Positions 35,789-45,073 of a DNA stretch of 64,000 bases are shown one piece after another. The translations under genes and the position numbers were made by a program. Position 1 is the stretch's first letter. The number at the start of each line of letters is the position of its first letter. The notes below the pieces were generated by a model. That model did no database searches. It was given only the letters and a program-made list of their open reading frames with translations, and was not told the DNA's origin. Origin of the DNA: an uncultured Bacilli bacterium (GTDB lineage: Bacteria; Bacillota_I; Bacilli_A; RF39; UBA660); assembly GCA_934096295.1 (NCBI GenBank), contig CAKOLL010000004.1:48258-112257 (forward strand), given 5' to 3'.

Positions 35789-36799
35789 TTAATTTATATC
35801 TATTCTACTTCCATCGAATTTGAAACTTAATGGATAAATAATTGTTTTTTCTATTATTAAATCACTTTGTTTAATATCAATTATTCTTTCTATTGTGGGA
35901 CTAGCATTGACTGTGATAATTTTTGAATTAACTTCTCTCATAAATCTTGATGCACTATTTGCTGATTTTGTAAATATTGATGCACTATATTTACTTCCAT
36001 TATAATTAATTTGACCTATTGCTTCATCAATATCACTTACTAAAATAGCATCTTTATTATCTAGCTTTAAATCATTATTTATATATAATTGAATATTTAA
36101 ACCGGTGTCAACTATTCTTTTTAATAAATCAATATGAGAATCATCTTCAATATATAAATCGAAATTTTCATAACCACTTGTAATAGTTTTAATTTTGCTT
36201 TTATTTAATATTATATTTTGTAATTTACGATTACCTATACAAACTACAAGATTAATGTTAGCATAATTTGATAATATAGAATCAAATTCTTCAGTAACAT
36301 GTAGTTGAATTAAATATTTTGAAACTTCAAATTTTTCTAAAACATTTTTTATAATATTAATTATTAAATTATTTGTTCCATACATGTAACCTTTATTTGC
36401 AAATATTATAGTATTACCAGCTAATATATTTCTTAAAGCCATTTCAATTATAACATAGGGAATACCATCATTTATAACTAATACATTGCCATAATCCATT
36501 ATTTGTTTACCATAAATAATCTTCTTTTCTTCATCTTTTTCGGATAAAGTAACATTACCATAAATAATTGTTTCTTTTTCTAAATTTTTAAATATGTTAT
36601 TTAAAATATTAAAATCCATTATAAAACCATTATTATTTTTTTGATCTATTTTGTTAGTTTCTAAAATTAAATCTTTATTTATAAATAATGCTTTTTCTAC
36701 TTCTTTAATGATATTTTCTATATTATTATATAGATTTATCTTACCTACACTTAGAGCATTAGAAATTATTTTACTGGCATTATCTTCCACTGCCAACAC
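35789..36799 (-). CDS. divergent gamma-glutamyl-phosphate-reductase (ProA)/aldehyde-dehydrogenase-like protein, probably not catalytic
   Basis: DIDEAIGQINYNGSKYSASIFTKSANSASRFMREVNSKIITVNASP parallels the ProA pattern AI.HI..YGS.HS..I.T.....A..F...VDSA.V..NAS. I see no Cys where the ProA catalytic Cys is expected. The likely GTG start after AAAGAGGTG overlaps the end of the giant gene. Confidence 0.5.
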   Translation of the reverse strand: MLAVEDNASKIISNALSVGKINLYNNIENIIKEVEKALFINKDLILETNKIDQKNNNGFIMDFNILNNIFKNLEKETIIYGNVTLSEKDEEKKIIYGKQIMDYGNVLVINDGIPYVIIEMALRNILAGNTIIFANKGYMYGTNNLIINIIKNVLEKFEVSKYLIQLHVTEEFDSILSNYANINLVVCIGNRKLQNIILNKSKIKTITSGYENFDLYIEDDSHIDLLKRIVDTGLNIQLYINNDLKLDNKDAILVSDIDEAIGQINYNGSKYSASIFTKSANSASRFMREVNSKIITVNASPTIERIIDIKQSDLIIEKTIIYPLSFKFDGSRIDIN

Positions 36800-39700
36800 C
36801 TCTTTCTTTATCTATTTCATCGCTTAAGGAAACTGCTTTGTTATACATTTCTTGTTGAATATTATTTAATTTAGAAATATCAACTTCTTTACCATCAGAA
36901 ATTTGTTCTAATGCTAATCTAATTTGCATTGCCACTATATTTTCATCAATTAAAGTATTAAAATATAAATCTCCGATTGTTAATTTAGAATCATTTATGT
37001 CAAATATTATAGCAAAATTTGGAGATAAAATAATTCTTGTTGTTTTAGGGTTTAATTCACAATTATATGCTATTTCTGTAACTATGTGTTCTTCATCTTC
37101 AATTGATGTGTTTAAATTATATTTAGTTCCTTTTGTTATCGTTTCCAGTCTTTCCAAAGAATTCAACAATATTAAATTAAAATTAGTATCATCATAAAGA
37201 ATATAAGTATCATTATGAACTGGTAAGGTTTTACCATCAAATGATTTTCTATCTTCTCTTTTTTCCAGTACATATTGTGTGCTAGAATCACTTGTATACA
37301 AATGACGTTTTAAAGCAACCGGAGCCTCAAAATGTAAAGGTCTTGCTAAACGGTCTTTATCTAAATAAGCATTCTTTTTTATAGATTCAGCAATATCATT
37401 ATAACCTAATCCCACAGTTATTTTTCCAAGCCTTAATCCTTCATATTCTTCTTCAGTTATTTTTCCGCTTTCTAAAAGTTCTTTGTATACTTTTTCATCT
37501 TTTTTTATTAACTCATTGGCAGCTTCTTTATAAATTGCATAAATTTCATCAGTAAATTTTTCTCTACTTTTAGTACTTTTTTCTCTTGCAAATGCTTTAT
37601 CTGGAATTTCAATATTATCAAAACATAACACATCTTTATTTCTCCATACCCAACTTTGAGATACTATATTTCCTAGTTCATCTCGAATTACAAATACCCG
37701 TCCATTCTTATCAACCATGCTATGTTCCATGCACGACTCGGCAGTATCGTTTAGTTCTTGGCAACAATCTGTCAAAGTACCAATTGCCATGGCAAGTGGG
37801 TCATCCAATCTTAACATTTCATATGAATATTTTCCTTTAGTTGCTTCAATTCGAGGAATACTACTGAAAGTTCTTCTTTTGCCATAATCATATATTTTTT
37901 GTAAAGTATCAAAATCTGATTGAGAATAACCGGCAATAGCAGATATTTCTGCAACTTTATCATTACCTAATTCTATCCCGAGAAATTTATTAGATTGAAT
38001 GTAACTTACAGCTAATGATAATGTTAGATGACGATTACTATTTAAAACTTTTATTTCATTAAATTGTTTTTGAATACTCGCAATATATTTTATATATTCA
38101 GGATTTGTTAAAATTTCCGGCATATTTGCTAGTAAAAATTCTCTGAAATCTGGATCGTATATTAATTGAAATCCTCCGAAAAGTTTATGAGCTTTATCAG
38201 GATTTATAATAGGAATTTCATTGTGTTCTTCAAAAATATCCCTTAAGGCTTTGGCTACTTTTGGATATCTTTGGGGATTAAAATTCAAAGTATAAGAGCC
38301 ATCATCGTTTTTCCTATAAAGTTGAGTAAACATGTTTTGACTTTTGTCTATATCAAATTTTTCTTCATCTATGGCATCACTTATAGGTGTAATTGATAAT
38401 GGAAGAATTACTAATTCCATGAGAGCATTATCTTTTATGTCATTGAATAATTTTTCAATAGTTTTACCTTGTTCTAAAGCTAGCGTTCTAGGTATTCCTG
38501 TTAATAAATCAATAAGTTTTTTGAATCCTTTTTGATCGTTGTCAAAAGCTCCGAATGAATATGCAAGTTTTAACATAGCATCTCTTGCTTCTACTTTTTT
38601 AGAAAAATTTTCAATTTTCATTAAAGAACTCCAGTTTGATGCAGAAGTTAAAAATTTGTCAGCTTCTTCAAGGTCAAAATTTTGCATTACGACATAATCT
38701 GGAATAAATTTGCCTCCAGTTTTATCAAACCATTTTTTCATTAAATCTACTTTGTGTGATTTTAACATTTCATCAACTGTTTCAGGCTTATTTAAACCAA
38801 GTTTAACTGCGTTTTCACTTCCAAACATTTCAAAATATTTGAAAACATCTTTTTTTAATTCTTTGTTTCTTGCAAGAGCTACCAATAAATCTTTTCCTTC
38901 TAAATAAGGTAAAATTGTTTTATCCTGTTTTAGCAATGTAAAAGACATTGGATAAAAATTTTTATAATTATAAAAATATCTCTTTATATGTGCTGGAGTA
39001 CTTTCATCTAGAAAAAATTCTGGGTGATTTTCTTTTAAAAATAACGGAGCGTCTTCTTCAAAATACTCAAGTTCTCCATGTCTAATTTTATCTATGATAA
39101 TTTCGTCAATTGTTTTTATTAAGTCTTCAAACGATAAATCTTTGTCTAAATATTTTTCTAGAGAGTTTATCACTTTTCCCAAATATTTACCATATCCACT
39201 ACATAATTGTAAAAACTTTTCATTTCCTATTAATTTTAATAATTCTACTGCATGATATTTGTTTACGCTATAGGTTTTAAAATCAAAAACAAGCTCTATA
39301 TTTTTGTCTTTTAAAATTTCTTCCAATTGTGGATATTCTCTAATATCATCAAACGATAAATTATGTCTGTAGAATTTATCTGTTATTACTTTTTTATCTT
39401 CTTCAGATATATTTTCTAAATTACTAAGGTCAGTAAATATATCTGGATAAGCTGAAAGAAAATCTGGAACATTTTCTAAATATCGGTAGTCTTTAAATCC
39501 ACCTAAAATTTTAGCATAAATGGCTTTTCTAATTTGTTTTTCAATCAAAGTTTCATCTTCAATTTCTCCATGCATGCTTTCAATTGTAATAGAAGAGGTT
39601 AACGATGTTAAAATTCTTCCATACTTTGCTAATAGTTTTAAGAATTTTTTGTTTCCATATCTAAAAATATATTCTTTTTTAAAATCTATTTCATCAAATA

Positions 39701-41324
39701 CAACATAACCTTGTTCATCTTTCAAACTTGGAATTCTCAATTTCATTATACCATTTATTATGTTTAATAGATTTTTATTAACTAAATATGGAATATAATC
39801 TTTGTGATCAAATAATAGACTTGCACTAACATAATTTTTATAAAAAGCCTCTTTTAGTGATTCAGGAGCATTGCTATCAATGAATATTTCAGGATGTTTT
39901 TCACGAAATTCACCTTGAATCCAATCATAGCTTGGGAAGTTTCCAAAAAATTCTTTACTTCTCATAAAATCTAATAAATTAGCAAATTGATTTAAAAATT
40001 CTTCATAATCTAAAGTTCCTTTTTTAAAATCAATATTATTTTTGGTTAATAAGAAATAATGAGAATTGTAAAAATCAGCAAATTTGGTTAATGTGGTTAA
40101 ATCATCTTTGTATGCGCATAGGTGTGAGAAAAATCCCATCTCGTTTTCTAATTTTTTGATATTTTCTAACCCTAAAGCTTCAACAAAAATCTTTTGACCT
40201 TTTTCCAGTGGAAATAATGATGGATCATATAGCATTAATTGCTCTTTACTTTTTAATTTGTTGCATACTGAAAAGAAAACTGCAAGATAGCATAACATTT
40301 CGTACTCTTCATCAATATTGTTTGAATTTTTTTCACTATTTGCATCATTATAAGCCGTAATAATTTTACAAAATTTTGTACCTTGGTCTGTTTTAATAAT
40401 ATAATTGAAATGTTTGGGAAAATTTTTTATATAATTTAGTAATGGAAAATCCCCAAAAAAGTTTGATAAAAATCTAACACTTTCTTTGTATGGAACAGAT
40501 GAAGAAATAAAATTAGACCATTCTATTTTTTTAAATAAGGAAATGTTATTAATTATATCGTCAATAGTTAACTTTCTATTATAATAACGCTTTCTTAAAT
40601 CTTCTGGAATATCTGCCCCGATTAATAAAATTTCTTTATTTTCCTCAACAAATGTTTCTGGTAATTTGCTTATATCTATTGGTCCAAAATTTCTATTAAA
40701 AATCATTTTTCTAAATATTCTATTATCTTTTTGTTGTGAAAATTCATAATACATTTCTATAACTTTAGGCAGACCAAGTTCTTCAACCATTTTTCTAGAC
40801 TTACTTTCTAAATTGTAAAAAATATATTTACTACTTAATTCTTCTATTTGTTCAAAATCTAAAGAAAACACTTCTTTCAAAGTTAGTTTACATTCATATA
40901 TGGTTTGTTTAAATTGTTCACTAAATAAGTCTGATAGAAAATTATTTGGATTACTTTTAACAATTTCATCATCAAAATGATTCGGATTAACAATTCTATT
41001 CAACTTATCAAAATTTCTAATATTACATCCTTTATAATTAATATATGGTGAATAACTTACGATATCAAAATCTATATTTGCCTTGGTTTTTGTAAGATCT
41101 GCAATAAAACCTTTGTCTGCTATAATTCTAAGATCTTTCCATTCATCAAATGGAATATCACTTAAGTCACAACTTAATAATTTATTTTGAAGATTATAAT
41201 ATTGATTAGCTAACTCTTCTTTAATTGTTATAGACAATTGGTAAGAATTCTTTATTTTGTTTATTATGGAATTTAACAGTGATTTAATTTGTCTAAATTC
41301 TACGACTGTTAACTTATCATTCAT
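36780..41324 (-). CDS. 1514-aa cytoplasmic protein of unknown function with a recurring ~35-aa motif
   Basis: Uninterrupted ORF with GGTGGTGAG before the ATG. No signal peptide or TM span. It has at least five copies of a [NH]P-[ED]-[IF]-F...P..[LI][KR]..[FY]Y motif and a Cys/His patch, TDCCQELNDTAESCMEHS. Confidence 0.8.
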   Translation of the reverse strand: MNDKLTVVEFRQIKSLLNSIINKIKNSYQLSITIKEELANQYYNLQNKLLSCDLSDIPFDEWKDLRIIADKGFIADLTKTKANIDFDIVSYSPYINYKGCNIRNFDKLNRIVNPNHFDDEIVKSNPNNFLSDLFSEQFKQTIYECKLTLKEVFSLDFEQIEELSSKYIFYNLESKSRKMVEELGLPKVIEMYYEFSQQKDNRIFRKMIFNRNFGPIDISKLPETFVEENKEILLIGADIPEDLRKRYYNRKLTIDDIINNISLFKKIEWSNFISSSVPYKESVRFLSNFFGDFPLLNYIKNFPKHFNYIIKTDQGTKFCKIITAYNDANSEKNSNNIDEEYEMLCYLAVFFSVCNKLKSKEQLMLYDPSLFPLEKGQKIFVEALGLENIKKLENEMGFFSHLCAYKDDLTTLTKFADFYNSHYFLLTKNNIDFKKGTLDYEEFLNQFANLLDFMRSKEFFGNFPSYDWIQGEFREKHPEIFIDSNAPESLKEAFYKNYVSASLLFDHKDYIPYLVNKNLLNIINGIMKLRIPSLKDEQGYVVFDEIDFKKEYIFRYGNKKFLKLLAKYGRILTSLTSSITIESMHGEIEDETLIEKQIRKAIYAKILGGFKDYRYLENVPDFLSAYPDIFTDLSNLENISEEDKKVITDKFYRHNLSFDDIREYPQLEEILKDKNIELVFDFKTYSVNKYHAVELLKLIGNEKFLQLCSGYGKYLGKVINSLEKYLDKDLSFEDLIKTIDEIIIDKIRHGELEYFEEDAPLFLKENHPEFFLDESTPAHIKRYFYNYKNFYPMSFTLLKQDKTILPYLEGKDLLVALARNKELKKDVFKYFEMFGSENAVKLGLNKPETVDEMLKSHKVDLMKKWFDKTGGKFIPDYVVMQNFDLEEADKFLTSASNWSSLMKIENFSKKVEARDAMLKLAYSFGAFDNDQKGFKKLIDLLTGIPRTLALEQGKTIEKLFNDIKDNALMELVILPLSITPISDAIDEEKFDIDKSQNMFTQLYRKNDDGSYTLNFNPQRYPKVAKALRDIFEEHNEIPIINPDKAHKLFGGFQLIYDPDFREFLLANMPEILTNPEYIKYIASIQKQFNEIKVLNSNRHLTLSLAVSYIQSNKFLGIELGNDKVAEISAIAGYSQSDFDTLQKIYDYGKRRTFSSIPRIEATKGKYSYEMLRLDDPLAMAIGTLTDCCQELNDTAESCMEHSMVDKNGRVFVIRDELGNIVSQSWVWRNKDVLCFDNIEIPDKAFAREKSTKSREKFTDEIYAIYKEAANELIKKDEKVYKELLESGKITEEEYEGLRLGKITVGLGYNDIAESIKKNAYLDKDRLARPLHFEAPVALKRHLYTSDSSTQYVLEKREDRKSFDGKTLPVHNDTYILYDDTNFNLILLNSLERLETITKGTKYNLNTSIEDEEHIVTEIAYNCELNPKTTRIILSPNFAIIFDINDSKLTIGDLYFNTLIDENIVAMQIRLALEQISDGKEVDISKLNNIQQEMYNKAVSLSDEIDKERGVGSGR

Positions 41325-41399
41325 AATTGTCTCACCACCTAGTTTTGTTATTATTTACTGACATTAGTATAACAAAATTTTTTAAATTTTTAAAGTACT

Positions 41400-41408
41400 A
41401 TTATAACA
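41400..41408 (-). promoter_or_regulatory. extended -10 promoter element at the inner edge of repeat copy 2
   Basis: The minus strand reads TGTTATAAT (TGnTATAAT), about 75 nt upstream of the giant-gene ATG. Confidence 0.4.
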
Positions 41409-41413
41409 AGTAA

Positions 41414-41451
41414 AAAAAGATTAGTTCAAAATAACCGAACTAATCTTTTTT
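41414..41451. repeat. copy 2 of the 38-nt terminator-hairpin direct repeat
   Basis: The core is identical to 35295-35333. It lies 13 nt downstream of the stop of the 41465..42379 gene. Confidence 0.85.
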
Positions 41452-41464
41452 GTCACTGTAAATG

Positions 41465-42379
41465 TCACTGTAAAATTTTAAATACTTTTTTTATTTTTCC
41501 AAATCTCACACAAATTGAAGTTAACCCTTCTCTTCTTTTTTCTAATATTTTATCGGTTTCATCTGCAACACCAACAAAACTTGATTTCATAAAATGTGTA
41601 AATATTAATTCATGACTATTTATATCATTTTTATATTTATAACAAAAGTCTCTGATTGGAGCACATATATTAAAAACCCAGATTGGACTCACAATATATA
41701 CTTTTTTATATTTTTTTAAATCAATTTTAATATTTTCAATATCCATTCTCCATTTGTGCATTCCAAATCTTCCACACCACCAAAAACCTAATGTTCCATC
41801 AGTTTTATCTTTGGTTTTTAACTCTATTAAAGTAGCACCAAGTTCATTAGCTTTTTCATAAGCAATCTTTTTGGTATACCCCATTCTAGAAAAATATACC
41901 ACAACAATATTTTTGTTTTTATTTATGTTTTTATAGTCATTGATATCAAAAACAAATTCTGATTGTGTATAAAATATTACTGTTATTAAGCCTATTATAA
42001 ATTGTAATAAACCTATTATAAAATAACTTATTGATAAAAAATTAGATGGTAAAATAATAAATTGAATAGTTATCCACACCATTAAAGTTATGCCAAATAT
42101 AGTTCCAAGAATGAAACCTATTTTTTTATCTTTAATTATTAAGTAGGATGCAATTAAATTAGATATACCATTTACAATAAGTAAAGATATTCCTGAAAAT
42201 ATATAATTTTGAAAAAGAATATCACTAAATGGAAGTACACTAAAATAAGGAAGTAATGTATCCATATGTAGTAACTTTCCTGTTGGATCTATAAACATGC
42301 AAATACTTCCATATAATGCTCCGATTCCAACAAATAAGCACCAAAATAGCAATATTTTTTTAGTTCTTTTATATCTCAT
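41465..42379 (-). CDS. membrane domain fused to a flavodoxin-like domain
   Basis: About 4 N-terminal TM spans, then VVVYFSRMGYTKKIAYEKANELGATLIELK...VYIVSPIW (flavodoxin-like). Confidence 0.6.
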   Translation of the reverse strand: MRYKRTKKILLFWCLFVGIGALYGSICMFIDPTGKLLHMDTLLPYFSVLPFSDILFQNYIFSGISLLIVNGISNLIASYLIIKDKKIGFILGTIFGITLMVWITIQFIILPSNFLSISYFIIGLLQFIIGLITVIFYTQSEFVFDINDYKNINKNKNIVVVYFSRMGYTKKIAYEKANELGATLIELKTKDKTDGTLGFWWCGRFGMHKWRMDIENIKIDLKKYKKVYIVSPIWVFNICAPIRDFCYKYKNDINSHELIFTHFMKSSFVGVADETDKILEKRREGLTSICVRFGKIKKVFKILQ

Positions 42380-42389
42380 TTTTACCTCT

Positions 42390-42821
42390 TTATAAAATAT
42401 TTAAGACATCTAAATTTACAATTTTTCCTGTTTTATAATTTTCTATGCACTTTAATATTAATTCCTGTGATCTTAATTTATTTTTCATTTTTATAATTTC
42501 ATCATAAGAAAACCATTTTACGTCTAGTATTTCATTTAAATTATAATCTAGTTTTTCATCTATAAGTTTTGCCCCAAAAATAATACTTAAAAATATATCA
42601 TTTTCTAATACTTTATTTCCTATCTCAAGTATTCCAGTTTGAAGAATATCGCATCCGGTTTCTTCTTTTATTTCTCTTTTTAAACAATCGATTACTTATT
42701 CATTTACTTCCAAGTGACCTGCTGAAATGTTCCATTTTCCTTTACATTTTTCTTTTGCTTCTTGTACTAATAAAAATTTATTTTCTTTTTCAATTAAGCC
42801 ACCAATCACAATATTCGTCAT
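42390..42821 (-). pseudogene. NUDIX hydrolase gene with a nonsense codon inside the Nudix box
   Basis: My translation: MTNIVIGGLIEKENKFLLVQEAKEKCKGKWNISAGHLEVNE*VIDCLKREIKEETGCDI... The TAA is at 42696-42698. The frame stays open to 42390. Confidence 0.65.
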
Positions 42822-42932
42822 TTAATCACGTCCTTCATGCTAGTATATCACAGTAAAATAGTTACAATCAATGTTTTTGTTGACGCATACAAAGTTTTAA
42901 TATATAATAAAGCCAATTTAGGAGGTTTAATT

Positions 42933-43400
42933 ATGAGCTTTAGAAAAAATTTATATTATGTTGCTTTAACTGAATTTTTATTAAATAAAAAAAATGAGAT
43001 TGTAATAAATGATAATATTTCATTAACAATCAACGTTCGTAGAGGTAATTATTGTCAGTCACCTTCTAGTTGGCTAGATATTCCTTCTCTTGACTTTTTT
43101 GTAACTATTTTAAATCAAGGTAATCCAATATATAAAACTTTTTATCAAAAGATTGCTGAACCTGATTTAGATACATTGTTAAAAAGTAGTCCAGAGGTTA
43201 TTAATGAATTTATTCAAAGAGATGACTTGTTTTTTCATGAATATGTCACTTATTCATATTTAGATTCATCTTTAATTCAATATGAAGGAACTTATATACA
43301 ATTATTACAAGATGATTTAAGTTTTAAAAATCCATCTAAATTAGTTAGAACAAATATAAAACATAAATATAATAAAATTATGTCAAGTAAAACCAAGTAG
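42933..43400 (+). CDS. hypothetical protein
   Basis: I prefer the ATG at 42933, preceded by TAGGAGG. No recognisable motifs. Confidence 0.45.
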   Translation: MSFRKNLYYVALTEFLLNKKNEIVINDNISLTINVRRGNYCQSPSSWLDIPSLDFFVTILNQGNPIYKTFYQKIAEPDLDTLLKSSPEVINEFIQRDDLFFHEYVTYSYLDSSLIQYEGTYIQLLQDDLSFKNPSKLVRTNIKHKYNKIMSSKTK

Positions 43401-43413
43401 CATTTACTTGGTT

Positions 43414-43818
43414 TTACTTTATCAAATTATTTTTTAAACAATATGGTACTACTTCATTTTTTAATGTATTTGATAATATATCTGTACCTATACTACTTTC
43501 ATACCACATAAAATTTTCTATTTCTTCGGATAAACTTAAGGTTCCATTAAGTGATCCATTGTATTTGAATACATAAAAATGTATCGGAGTTTTTCCATCA
43601 CTTGTTGCTATTTCGTCAAATTCCATTACTAACTCAAATAGTGATTCATCAAAGATAGCATTATTACCTAATTCTTCATGGCATTCTCTTTTAGCTGCTT
43701 CAAGTGGAGTTTCTCCATTTTCTACTCTTCCACCAATCATTTGATATGTTGGTCTCTTCCTTGGTTTATCAATTAATAATTTACTATCTTTAAAAAACAT
43801 TGTACCTACGACATTCAT
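43414..43818 (-). CDS. NUDIX hydrolase
   Basis: Nudix box GGRVENGETPLEAAKRECHEELG. Confidence 0.8.
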   Translation of the reverse strand: MNVVGTMFFKDSKLLIDKPRKRPTYQMIGGRVENGETPLEAAKRECHEELGNNAIFDESLFELVMEFDEIATSDGKTPIHFYVFKYNGSLNGTLSLSEEIENFMWYESSIGTDILSNTLKNEVVPYCLKNNLIK

Positions 43819-43822
43819 ATTC

Positions 43823-44284
43823 TCACCTTATTTCCATGTTTATTACATTGTGATTGCTATCACATGTAAAAATCATATTTACTTTTTCATCACGCATATA
43901 TTTGATTAAATCATCATCTAGCAAATGAGTAGTTGCTAATCTTTTTTCTTCAGTAATTAGCTTTTTTATTGGTACCCAACAAGCATAATTTTCAGGAAAC
44001 TCTTGAGGTGTACCATCTATCTTACTTGCAATATATGTTTTTATAGCATATTTTTTATCTTCAGCTGGATAAATAATTTCTATCTTTCCAATACATTTAA
44101 GTTCGTCAATTGTCATCCCAGTTTCTTCTTTAAATTCTCTTTGGCATGCTTGTACTTCCGATTCACCATCTTCAATTTTTCCACCAGGAATGTCAAAAAA
44201 ATCTTTGTTGATTTCCTTATATCTTATACACATAATTTTATCATCTTTTATAGCAAATACTCTAACTGCATATCTAGTTGTCAT
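43823..44284 (-). CDS. NUDIX hydrolase
   Basis: Nudix box PGGKIEDGESEVQACQREFKEETG. Confidence 0.8.
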   Translation of the reverse strand: MTTRYAVRVFAIKDDKIMCIRYKEINKDFFDIPGGKIEDGESEVQACQREFKEETGMTIDELKCIGKIEIIYPAEDKKYAIKTYIASKIDGTPQEFPENYACWVPIKKLITEEKRLATTHLLDDDLIKYMRDEKVNMIFTCDSNHNVINMEIR

Positions 44285-44960
44285 GTTTTTCCTTTTCTTT
44301 TTTTCGCATTTCTAATTCTTTTATAAATACTTGAAATTTAGGGAATGCGCTTTTAATACGACGGTAAAGGACAGTATTATCTTGGAACCATTTTTCAATA
44401 TATTGTTTTATTTTTTCTGTGTTATCTTTTCTTTCACTTTTAATTTTACCTTTTATCTTAAATAAAATATATGTTGATATAACATTATCAATTATATAAA
44501 TAATAAATAGTGTAATTGCTACTACTAATAAAGCTGTTGGGGATAACTTATCAACAAGTTTTATAACTGCTGGATGTAAAACATAAATAATTAATGATGC
44601 AAGTAATCCAAATGGTATCATTGTTTCTAAACAAATTCTTCCATTAATGTTAAACTTTTTATTTGAATAATCCCACCATCTAACATTATATATTTTTTCC
44701 ATAAAATAACTTGTAAAATATTCAAGTAAAGAACATATTAAAATGGCTTTTAAAAATACTCCGAGTATATCACTAGTATCTTTACCTACTACTAGAATAA
44801 TTGCTAAACATCCCCATCCATATATTGGACAATATGGGCCAATTAAAAATCCACGGTTTATAAATTTGTGCTTATTCCATAGAGAAACACATACTTCCAT
44901 AAACCAACCTAAAAAGGAATAAATAATAAAATATAAAAAATATTTACATACTATTTCCAT
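44274..44960 (-). CDS. polytopic membrane protein (putative ABC-transporter type IV / DUF1113-like)
   Basis: YSFLGWFMEVCVSLW...GFLIGPYCPIYGWG matches my memory of that family. Confidence 0.55.
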   Translation of the reverse strand: MEIVCKYFLYFIIYSFLGWFMEVCVSLWNKHKFINRGFLIGPYCPIYGWGCLAIILVVGKDTSDILGVFLKAILICSLLEYFTSYFMEKIYNVRWWDYSNKKFNINGRICLETMIPFGLLASLIIYVLHPAVIKLVDKLSPTALLVVAITLFIIYIIDNVISTYILFKIKGKIKSERKDNTEKIKQYIEKWFQDNTVLYRRIKSAFPKFQVFIKELEMRKKEKEKHDN

Positions 44961-45073
44961 ACATATGACCTTCTTTCTTGAATTTATTTTATCACATTAT
45001 AATTATAAATGCCATATTTAACCTTGCTTTTCAATTTTTTTTATTGTAAAATAAGCTTACAGGAGGTTAGAAA

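Noticed and set aside
42696-42698. In-frame TAA codons here and at 31401-31403 might indicate stop-codon reassignment or readthrough.
   Set aside because: TAA terminates most of the confidently called genes in this window (for example mazE, mazF and the giant gene). Long ORFs are intact under the standard bacterial code, so ordinary nonsense mutations are the simpler explanation.
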